64,000 bases of DNA from positions 417,756,001-417,820,000 of the forward strand of contig OZ024740.1 in NCBI GenBank assembly GCA_964016885.1, in the 5' to 3' direction. Source of the DNA: Eledone cirrhosa. Taxonomy: Eukaryota. Numbering within the stretch: position 1 is the first letter of the stretch; every line of letters starts with the position of its first letter. Made by a program: the position numbers and the translations under genes. Under the pieces are notes generated by a model. It made no database searches and was not told the origin of the DNA. It saw nothing but the letters and a program-made list of their open reading frames with translations. Below are positions 54,200-64,000 of this stretch, one piece after another.

Positions 54200-54548
54200 A
54201 GGCGGTGGATTGGCAGTATCGGTAGAGGGTCGGACGCCATGCTTTGACGCATAGAGTTACGGCTCTTTATGATCTGAGCTCAAATCCCGCCGAGGTTAAC
54301 TTTGCCTTTCATCCTTATGGGGTCGATAAAATAAAGTACCAGTCACGCACTGGGGTTTAATCGACTTTCCTCTCCCCCAAATTACTGGCCTTGTGCCTAT
54401 ATAAGAAACCATTATTATTATTTGGCAGTATCGTTATAGCGTCGGGCATTATGCTTTGCGACATATAGTTACGGCCCTTTACATTCTGAGTTCAAATCCT
54501 GCCGAGGTTAGCTTTGCCTTTCGTCTTTACGGAGTCGATAAAATAAAG
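54200..54548 (+). mobile_element. Two tandem MetaSINE-like SINEs (full plus partial)
   Basis: GGCGGTGGATTGGCAGTATCGG...GTCGATAAAATAAAGTACCAG...; the second copy starts at about 54420. Confidence 0.85.
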
Positions 54549-54861
54549 CCTTCGGATTCGAGATTTTAATAAAAGTCATTTCAGTCATAACCATCTCGTC
54601 TCTTTGGAATATCTATCACAACATTATCCAATGTATTCTTTTCAAAGGTTTAGTCTGGGGGTAAGATTTGTGTCCATAGCCTTCGCAGGACCTCTGAGAC
54701 TGGCTTGATCTGCTATGTCTAGCAGATCAAATGGCCATATAGAAGCTCACTCGTCGTTTCGAGCGGTTTAGAGTGTTGGCATGCCATAGATGCGTCGTCC
54801 ATAAACAGTTCTGGCGTACACACTTAAGTTAAGCTTCCAATTCAGCACCTGATGCTCATGT

Positions 54862-55140
54862 CTTCTTCTTTGTCCACTTATTCCTGAGAGGGCCGTGGGG
54901 GTAGAGTCCTCAAACAATCTTTTCAGCGGGTCCTGTCAGAACTCAAACACTCCTTCTAGCAGGTCCTGTCAGAAGCAACTGTCTCCAATTAATTTGGCTG
55001 GATATCCAAGCGAGACCGGCCGAGCTCACGGATGTTATCCAACCATCTTGCTCGGGATCTAACCCCTTCGTCTCCTAACGGTCGGTTTTGTAAAATATGA
55101 CCAGAGATTCTGTCCTAAGACATGCTAACCACAGGTCCGT
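54862..55140 (-). mobile_element. Second 3' relic of the RTE LINE
   Basis: Homologous to 39088-39335, including AGAGATTCTGTCCTAAGACATGCTAACCACA, which matches the satellite reverse complement. Confidence 0.78.
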
Positions 55141-55328
55141 TACGATCACCACCTTTTCTGTTTATCATCGGCGATTGAGGCAATATTGAACATTGAACTT
55201 TGTTCATTCAAATCCCGTCGAGGCCAATTTTGCTTTTGATTCAGGATCCATAAATAAAATGGCAGTAAAATAATGGAGTAAATTCCTCCCCCCCCCCTCT
55301 CTCACTCTCATATATATATATATAATAT

Positions 55329-55401
55329 AATATGTATAAATATTTCGTATCTCCAAAGAAATACGGTTTTAGGAAGCCGTAGCTATACAAACACGGGGGG
55401 A

Positions 55402-55432
<31 letters not shown>

Positions 55433-55687
55433 CGCCTTCTGCTGATGTGCAGCAGAAGCAAGGGGGTCAACTGTCTATGCATTTCAAGCTTAACTGGCCT
55501 TCGTCAGGACGGTCCCTCCCACCGCTTGCGACTGCTGGACTAGGAGACAGGCGAGAATATATAGTTTTCTCGTCTGTTAGCCCCCCGGTGTTTGCATAGC
55601 TACGGCTTCCTAAAACCGTATTTCTTTGGAGATACGAAATATTTATACATATTGTATAAAGCTATGCTTGAAGCGAAATCCTATTTC

Positions 55688-55692
<5 letters not shown>
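55329..55692. mobile_element. Palindromic HHR element in (TA)n
   Basis: Arms 55329-55400 and ~55581-55653, with a ~39-bp tail. A poly-G run and an HHR lie in the longer minus copy. Confidence 0.8.
55470..55513 (-). ncRNA. Minimal type-I hammerhead ribozyme
   Basis: ACCGTC-CTGACGA-AGGC CAGTTAA GCTT-GAAA-TGCA-TA-GACAGT. Confidence 0.82.
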
Positions 55693-55778
<86 letters not shown>

Positions 55779-56258
55779 TGGTCTACATTAAAGGTGTAAA
55801 GAAATGGAGCACAGTTCACATCGGATCCCTACAATCCTTTCACCACACTGTGGACACACTATAAGGAAGAAATAATTCTGGACTTCTTCGTAATTTTGGT
55901 TGATAGAATGTAATTTATAAATTGAAGAAAGAAAACTGAAGAATTGGCGAATTCCTGATGGAATTTCATGAGGTGATTTATTTGAAGAAAGTTATTATCA
56001 CGAACAGATAAGGCCAGTAAAGATACTGGATCGAGGTTATTAAATCGTAAATAATTCACAATGAGGTAGTTTCTCCCCATGATGTTTATATGGTCTAAAA
56101 GCTTTGGTAATATTGAATGTAATGCAATTGGTTTCTGCAGGATTTTATGAAACTAATGACCGTTCCCAAAGTATCTTCCTATGTTACACATCCATTCTAA
56201 TGATTACTGAGAATTTCAGGGGTGTTGTAAGTGATGTTCTGAATAACATACATGCACG

Positions 56259-56316
<58 letters not shown>

Positions 56317-56447
56317 TATATGTATACATACATACACACTCACGCATATATACATACATATATATATGCATACACACACACACATATTATATACATACAT
56401 ACATACATACACACACACGTGATATATATATATATATATACATACCT

Positions 56448-56499
<52 letters not shown>

Positions 56500-56691
56500 C
56501 GACTGAATACGCACATGTATGTTTTTTTAACACCAAATTTTTTCCCATTTTCCCTGTTCCTTCCTCTCATGTGTTTGTCTATTCATAGCTAAATTCGAGA
56601 TTATCTACTCTTAGAAAACTCTCTTATATTTTCTAAAAACTCCTACGGATAGTAGCCATCTTTGCTTATATAACAGGCTGATTGAGTTGGG

Positions 56692-56793
<102 letters not shown>

Positions 56794-56809
56794 GTATATA
56801 TATATATTG

Positions 56810-57000
56810 TCCAAGGGAAAGGCAATGGCCGATACAGCTTGGCACCAGTGACGTCACAACTCATTCTTTCCCCAGCTGAGTGAACTGGAAGAATGTGAAA
56901 TAAAGTTTCTTGCTCAAGAACACAACACATCGCCCGATCAAGGAATCGAACTCATAACCTCATGATTGTAAAAGCAACTCTTTAACCAGTAAGCTACACG
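56810..57000 (-). mobile_element. CORE-type SINE
   Basis: Minus strand GAGTTCGATTCC...GTGTTCTTGAGCAAGAAACTTTATTTCAC...CTCAGCTGG. Confidence 0.75.
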
Positions 57001-57302
57001 TCTTAACACTCCTGAACATAGCGAGAGTAAATCTAAATTACTTCAGCATCCATTTTGTAATTATGGAAATTGTGTAAATCCATCCGCACCGTAAACTTCC
57101 AACTTGGCCTTTTTAGGAGAAATCATTACAGGATAATCATTAGATGGAATCTTAAGGAAAATCACTGGTTTTATGTTATTGATATTGAAAACTAGGAAAG
57201 GTTGTCGTTAGTGGATAATGTATAAATATAAAGAAACAGAGAGATAGAAATGTTGATGGAATGGTCATAAATTATATTTTCCACACACACAAATGCACGC
57301 AG

Positions 57303-57403
<101 letters not shown>

Positions 57404-57415
57404 TATATATTATAA

Positions 57416-57467
<52 letters not shown>

Positions 57468-57620
57468 ATAAATGCTCTGAAATAGCGATATATATGTGAA
57501 TATAGACATAGAATATTCGAAAATATTCTGTATGTTTATAATAAACATTTTGAAGACCTAATCGCTATAGAATAGAATACGTCACGTATTACAATTAGAT
57601 TCTCGACAAAAGCAAGGGAA

Positions 57621-57663
57621 GTAATCTACGCGTTTCATTCTCGTTAGAAATCATCAGGACTAC
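57621..57663 (-). ncRNA. Minimal type-I hammerhead ribozyme
   Basis: Mirror of 57863-57905. Confidence 0.9.
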
Positions 57664-57862
57664 ATATCCAGTGCTTTTATCGAGAATGACACAGCTAGAG
57701 ACTTATAGAATACTTAGCTGTGTACAGGAACTGGTTTGAAAGAGCGGTTGCCGGTCCGGCAGAAATTAGAAATTGGAATAAATGCTCTGAAATAGTTCCT
57801 GTACACAGCTAAGTATTCTATAAGTCTCTAGCTGTGTCATTCTCGATAAAAGCACTGGATAT

Positions 57863-57905
57863 GTAGTCCTGATGATTTCTAACGAGAATGAAACGCGTAG
57901 ATTAC
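57863..57905 (+). ncRNA. Minimal type-I hammerhead ribozyme
   Basis: GTAGTC-CTGATGA-T-TTCT AACG AGAA-T-GAAA-CGCG-TA-GATTAC. All helices pair; GUA site. Confidence 0.92.
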
Positions 57906-58142
57906 TTCCCTTGCTTTTGTCGAGAATCTAATTGTAATACGTGACGTATTCTATTCTATAGCGATTAGGTCTTCAAAATGTTTATTATAAACATACAGAA
58001 TATTTTCGAATATTCTATGTCTATATTCACATATATATATATATATGTGTGTCAACATGAATGGACTTGTTATTTTTATCTAAAGACATTTTTCCCAATT
58101 CCAACCCACCCGTCTCCTTAAACTATCTTATTTCTCATTCTT

Positions 58143-58178
58143 TCTTCTGATGAAGGACTAACGTCCGAAACGTTATGA
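58143..58178 (+). ncRNA. Minimal hammerhead (44985 family)
   Basis: TCTT-CTGATGA-A-GGAC TAAC GTCC-GAAA-CG-TT-ATGA. Confidence 0.78.
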
Positions 58179-58262
58179 CCCTCTTCCTGCTATATCAAGC
58201 GTTAACCTAATATATCCGTTCCATATACTGTACCGATGGTGTTGTTATTTCTGTTTACCTTT

Positions 58263-58329
<67 letters not shown>

Positions 58330-59119
58330 CGTATTTAGGAAAGCCACAACAATGCAGAGGGAAATCTCGAGGTAGGAAGTGAAAGATAGATAGGAAAAGC
58401 AGGTGAAAGTGAAAATTGAGAGAGACAAAGATGAAAACAAAGCAAAGGTAGAAGGGTTACCGTAGTAGAGATTTAATCCCAATATTTCGGGCTCACGCCC
58501 ATCAACGGGGGAAAGATCCAAAAGGGGGGGGGAACAGTCCAAGCGGAGAAAGTTGTGATGTCGTTAAGACAGGAATGCCGTTATGGGGAGAAAATTATTT
58601 AAAATTTAAACGAGGGAAAGAATGCGCGTGCGCGTGATAGGCTGTGGCAAAAGCTACTGACCAAATGGGTTAAATCAAGAGGGTGCGCTAGCGTGTGAAA
58701 GCCGTAAGATATGTGTGTGTAAATATATATGTGTGTGTAACTGTGTGTGTATAAGTGTAAGTGTGTATATGTGTGAGTGTGTGTGTGTGTGTGAAAGATA
58801 GTGGGCTGTAGAAGTTGGAAATCAAAGGGTGTGAAAGGTGGTAGGTTGTAAAACATGTGTGCGTGTATAAATATAGATGTGTGTGTGTAAGCGTATGGGT
58901 ATACATGTGTGTGTAACTGTGTGTGTATATGTGTGAGTGCGTTTGTGTGTGAAAGATAGTGGGCTGTAGAAGCTGGAAATCAAAGGGTGTGAAAGGTGGT
59001 AGGTTGTAAAAACATGTGTGCGTGTATAAATATAGATGTGTGTGTGTATGCGTATGGGTATGCATATACGTGCGTGTGTGTGAAGATAGCAGGCCGTAGG
59101 CTGTGAATGGTCACTATGG

Positions 59120-59938
59120 TTAAGTTAGCCATGTCAGCTCATTTCTCTCAGCCCGGTTGTTAAGTGGGGGTCTGAGGTTCTTAATAACAAGTGCTTCCTT
59201 TATCCTTAAGGATCCGATGCTGCGTTCAGTCGCTAGGACTGTGACCAAGGGTCTACCCTGTGGGTTTCCGCATTTAAGGATGTGTTTACGGAAGGAAGAT
59301 GCGTTGGTGTTGATATGTTCCTTGATACGAACATGTAGGGGTCGGATGGTGCTACCTATGTAAAACTTGTTACATTTATCGCATTGAATCTTATATACGA
59401 CATAGGTGCGTAGGCAATCTGCCCCCCGTATCGGGCAGTTGCTGAGGGAACACGTCCCATCTGACTCGTCGGGTTTGTTGGAGAGGCATCTTCGCAGCGA
59501 AGGTCCTGTGTGGGCCAAATGTATGTCAAGTCCCTCCGTCCGTATGGCCCTGCGGATGGCGTTCGTGGTATATTCACTCACGTGGGGGATTTTAAAGAAG
59601 CACCTGCTATTATTTAGTTTTCTAGTGGGTGTCTGTCTATTGGGTCTGGGGTCTCTAATTCCGTTAATCAGTCGCTTGGGGTAACCATTAGATCTGAGTA
59701 GATTAAGGAATTGCGTGGTATGGGTGAGACCACCCATCGGGTCGCTGCATCTGTTAGTGATCCGTGTCAGTTCATTTAGGACATAGCCTCTCTTAGCGTT
59801 GTTGGGGAGGGCTGAGTTATAATGCACAAATAAGTCCTTGCACGCTGCTTTGCGGTAGAAGGTGGTGTTTATGTCTCCTTCTTCCGAGATGTTGATACGG
59901 AAGTCGAGGAGGGCGAGTGACCCGTCTTCTCCTGGGTG
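59120..59938 (-). pseudogene. Penelope-like RT thumb plus GIY-YIG endonuclease fragment (inverted copy)
   Basis: Translation is identical to the plus-strand copy from HPGEDG onward. Confidence 0.9.
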
Positions 59939-59941
59939 AAC

Positions 59942-60769
59942 ACCATCGAACACCCAGGAGAAGACGGGTCACTCGCCCTCCTCGACTTCCGTATCAACAT
60001 CTCGGAAGAAGGAGACATAAACACCACCTTCTACCGCAAAGCAGCGTGCAAGGACTTATTTGTGCATTATAACTCAGCCCTCCCCAACAACGCTAAGAGA
60101 GGCTATGTCCTAAATGAACTGACACGGATCACTAACAGATGCAGCGACCCGATGGGTGGTCTCACCCATACCACGCAATTCCTTAATCTACTCAGATCTA
60201 ATGGTTACCCCAAGCGACTGATTAACGGAATTAGAGACCCCAGACCCAATAGACAGACACCCACTAGAAAACTAAATAATAGCAGGTGCTTCTTTAAAAT
60301 CCCCCACGTGAGTGAATATACCACGAACGCCATCCGCAGGGCCATACGGACGGAGGGACTTGACATACATTTGGCCCACACAGGACCTTCGCTGCGAAGA
60401 TGCCTCTCCAACAAACCCGACGAGTCAGATGGGACGTGTTCCCTCAGCAACTGCCCGATACGGGGGGCAGATTGCCTACGCACCTATGTCGTATATAAGA
60501 TTCAATGCGATAAATGTAACAAGTTTTACATAGGTAGCACCATCCGACCCCTACATGTTCGTATCAAGGAACATATCAACACCAACGCATCTTCCTTCCG
60601 TAAACACATCCTTAAATGCGGAAACCCACAGGGTAGACCCTTGGTCACAGTCCTAGCGACTGAACGCAGCATCGGATCCTTAAGGATAAAGGAAGCACTT
60701 GTTATTAAGAACCTCAGACCCCCACTTAACAACCGGGCTGAGAGAAATGAGCTGACATGGCTAACTTAA
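59942..60769 (+). pseudogene. Penelope-like RT C-terminus, Cys linker and GIY-YIG endonuclease (5'-truncated, frame open)
   Basis: TIEHP..LALLD..FYRK..HYNSALP..NGYP (PLE RT end and thumb), CSLSNCPIRGADC linker, and VVYKIQCDKC..YIGSTIR.L..RIKEH..EAL.I....P.LN (GIY-YIG). Confidence 0.92.
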
Positions 60770-61376
60770 CCATAGTGACCATTCACAGCCTACGGCCTGC
60801 TATCTTCACACACACGCACGTATATGCATACCCATACGCATACACACACACATCTATATTTATACACGCACACATGTTTTTACAACCTACCACCTTTCAC
60901 ACCCTTTGATTTCCAGCTTCTACAGCCCACTATCTTTCACACACAAACGCACTCACACATATACACACACAGTTACACACACATGTATACCCATACGCTT
61001 ACACACACACATCTATATTTATACACGCACACATGTTTTACAACCTACCACCTTTCACACCCTTTGATTTCCAACTTCTACAGCCCACTATCTTTCACAC
61101 ACACACACACACTCACACATATACACACTTACACTTATACACACACAGTTACACACACATATATATTTACACACACATATCTTACGGCTTTCACACGCTA
61201 GCGCACCCTCTTGATTTAACCCATTTGGTCAGTAGCTTTTGCCACAGCCTATCACGCGCACGCGCATTCTTTCCCTCGTTTAAATTTTAAATAATTTTCT
61301 CCCCATAACGGCATTCCTGTCTTAACGACATCACAACTTTCTCCGCTTGGCCTGTTCCCCCCCCCTTTTGGATCTT

Positions 61377-61412
61377 TCCCCCGTTGATGGGCGTGAGCCC
61401 GAAATATTGGGA
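61377..61412 (+). ncRNA. Degenerate minimal hammerhead in the Penelope 3' pLTR (mirror at 58477-58512)
   Basis: TCCC-CCGTTGA (vs CTGATGA)-T-GGGC GTGA GCCC-GAAA-TA-TT-GGGA. Confidence 0.6.
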
Positions 61413-61603
61413 TTAAATCTCTACTACGGTAACCCTTCTACCTTTGCTTTGTTTTCATCTTTGTCTCTCTCAATTTTCACTTTCACCTGTTTTTCCTATC
61501 TATCATTCACTTCCTACCTCGAGATTTCCCTCTGCATTGTTGTGGCTTTCTTAAATACGTATTTTACACATTTCACAATGCTTCAAGCAAACTTTAACAC
61601 CCT

Positions 61604-61669
<66 letters not shown>

Positions 61670-61672
<3 letters not shown>

Positions 61673-62653
61673 TATGAAGAGAGAAGAAACATTTAGATAT
61701 AATTAGTAATAAAATGTATCATACCTAAACTGCTCCTAGATTCCTCGACTACGTAGTTTCGTGGCATAAACAAAAACAATGCATCATAAAGATATAGAGT
61801 CCCTGCGAGGTCTGCCGACTTATCAAGAGGATACCTCATTTTACTAGTCTCAAGAACGCGTCTACACGACGCAAGAAAGAATCCCAAAAGGCGGAGGGGG
61901 AGATAGTCACGCGATATAACGGTCGAGAAACAGAGCTAAGCCTCTTATAACCCCGAAGAAAATACCACAGAGGCGGAGGGGGTATTTATATCGAAGCCGT
62001 AGAAGAGGTGGTGAAGGAGGAGAGAAGTATGAGTAATGGCAGCTTTCCAGCAGTCACCACACTTCAAAGATTACTCAACCAGAGGAAGTTATTAACAATA
62101 TATTTAGAAACACACAGATACATGCGGACACACACATATACATGAATGCATCCACACCCAACCGTGAGTTAAGGGAGCCAACCTCACCGATGTTGCTCAA
62201 TGAATGACTGGGGTTATAAGAGGCTTAGCTCTGTTTCTCGACCGTTATATCGCGTGACTATCTCCCCCTCCGCCTTTTGGGATTCTTTCTCGCGTCGTGT
62301 AGACGCGTTCTTGAGACTAGTAAAATGAGGTATCCTCTTGATAAGTCGGCAGACCTCGCAGGGACTCTATATCTTTATGATGTATTGTTTTTGTTTATGC
62401 CACGAAACTACGTAGTCGAGGAATCTAGGAGCAGTTTAGGTATGATACATTTTATTACTAATTATATCTAAATGTTTCTTCTCTCTTCATAATGTAATTT
62501 TAACTCTGATACTGGTTCAGTCTAGTTCAACCGGATTGGTCTGTCCCAGTCATTCATTGAGCAACATCGGTGAGGTTGGCACCCTTAACTCACGGTTGGG
62601 TGTGGATGCATTCATGTATATGTGTGTGTCCGCATGTAACTGTGTGTTTCTAA

Positions 62654-62660
<7 letters not shown>
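61670..62660. mobile_element. ~600-bp HHR-bearing monomer in inverted plus permuted tandem arrangement, in (TA)n
   Basis: 61670-61953 is the reverse complement of ~62210-62494, and 62097-62212 is the reverse complement of ~62546-62660. An unpaired tail lies at ~62495-62545. Confidence 0.85.
62333..62422 (+). ncRNA. Hammerhead-like motif with variant core (mirror at 61742-61831)
   Basis: TCCTC-TTGATAA-GTCGGCA...TGCCAC-GAAA-CTACGTAG-TC-GAGGA. Confidence 0.62.
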
Positions 62661-62721
<61 letters not shown>

Positions 62722-62724
<3 letters not shown>

Positions 62725-62910
62725 CGAAGGAAATGTGGAAATAACCAGATCGACCATAACACACCAGTACTCAATACTTAGGGTAGTAGAGTGGGTAATA
62801 GGAACAAGTAGCACCCCGACGGCTGAGCTCAAGCCGTTTCGACGGCTAATTCTGGACTGAATTAGCCGTCGAAACGGCTTGAGCTCAGCCGTCGGGGTGC
62901 TACTTATTCC

Positions 62911-62912
<2 letters not shown>
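62722..62912 (-). mobile_element. Palindromic HHR-half element (family of 43441 and 46385)
   Basis: Tail on the left; inverted arms around TCTGGACTGA. Confidence 0.8.
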
Positions 62913-62981
<69 letters not shown>

Positions 62982-63709
62982 TACGAGGCCAAAGACATAA
63001 CTGTACATCAACAGAGATGATCACACTCCATATTTATAGAGAGTAATTATTCTATCGTGTGATATATACTTGCAGCTCAGCTTGATTAAGTATATTGCTT
63101 ATACAACCGCCGACGACTTGGCCAGTCATGGATCCCACTCTTACAAGCAGGATATTTGGTGTTGCCCTAGAAACAGACGACTGACTATGTGGCCAATATT
63201 TTGAAAAAGAATCTTGCCAATTCTGCATAAATAAATTATTTGAAATGCATCGTTTATATTCTTTATAATAGAAATAGATGGTTTTGAAGTGTCTTTATCT
63301 GTAGTAACTCCTGCAGGAGTTGCGACCAGCAGATAGGCTCAGCAATGGAAAGGCTAATGGAAACATTGTTTCCGTGGTCCGATTTGATGAGTTCCTCCAC
63401 ACTTTGGTCATCGAATGTGGTCTGGGATCTTGCTGATTGAACTATAGTTATATCTCTAGCAGAACCTAAACAATGCACAATCAATAGAATATTGGTATAC
63501 TGTAGAGATATTAATTAAATTTAGTGATCAATTCATCAACTTACATACATGGTCCCGTAAAACCCGAGGGTGTCGTAGGTGTGCAGTATTGACATACGGC
63601 GTTTCTTGGTATTTTTAAAACTTTGTGGAGTCCAACTATCCAGATCTGAATGCAGCAGATTTCTTCCAGAGAAGGATAGAGAGAATGATAGACTGGAAGT
63701 GAGAAAGGG

Positions 63710-63880
63710 ATAAAGGGGAAGAATCGACCTCAGTAACTGACTAGAACTTTTTTTTTATCGACCTTGAATGGATGAAAGGCAAAGTTGACCTCAGCGGGAT
63801 TTGAACTGAGAGAGCTGACAGCCACAACAAATATCACAAAACACTTCATCCGATCTTCTAACGACTGTCAATTCGCCGAC
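63710..63880 (-). mobile_element. MetaSINE-like SINE, degenerate
   Basis: TTATCGACC...GGATGAAAGGCAAAGTTGACCTC..CGGGATTTGAACT. Confidence 0.7.
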
Positions 63881-64000
63881 TATGTGCATTGATTAAACAC
63901 TACAATAACATTATTACCCATCACTTTCATTGGATTGTGAACATCCATGGTTGTTTTCTATTATCGAGAAACATAGCGGGATTTCAATTTTGTTTGATCT

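Larger units (their letters stand above)
57463..58035. mobile_element. 310-bp HHR monomer in tandem (minus) plus an inverted copy (plus), in (TA)n
   Basis: TTGGAATAAATGCTCTGAAAT at 57463 and 57773. 57794-58035 is the reverse complement of ~57490-57732. Confidence 0.87.
58323..61605. mobile_element. 5'-truncated Penelope-like element as a head-to-head inverted duplication in (TA)n
   Basis: Arms 58323-59938 and 59951-61566 (1616 bp each), a 12-bp spacer, and a 39-bp tail (61567-61605) on the right arm only. Confidence 0.95.

Noticed and set aside
55859-56245. Coding exon on the minus strand
   Set aside because: All three frames after the candidate acceptor hit stops early, and there is no recognisable motif.
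59157-60732. Small alternative-frame ORFs within the Penelope palindrome
   Set aside because: Shadow frames of the RT/GIY-YIG ORF, duplicated only by the inversion.

Overview
AT-rich, microsatellite-dense animal genomic DNA; the SINE families present suggest a cephalopod (octopus-like), which is an inference. No host protein-coding gene is confidently identifiable. Bases 1-23.5 kb are a 65-bp tandem satellite with higher-order structure. Its monomer is a fragment of the C-terminal coding region of an RTE (Rex3/Expander-like) LINE, and dispersed relics of that LINE lie at 39.1-39.5 kb and 54.9-55.1 kb. The remainder holds an R4/Dong-like RLE LINE in a (TATG)n-associated cluster, a Chapaev3-like DNA transposon, many tRNA-derived SINEs, minisatellites, and a 3.2-kb palindromic Penelope-like element. 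The main hidden structure is about 20 type-I hammerhead ribozyme (HHR) motifs, from more than 10 distinct short element families, between 25 and 63 kb. Nearly all are embedded in (TA)n tracts. Many are head-to-head inverted duplications with a one-sided 3' tail, and in several the fold-back point maps at or next to ribozyme helix I or the core. All structures were read by eye; no folding or database search was run.
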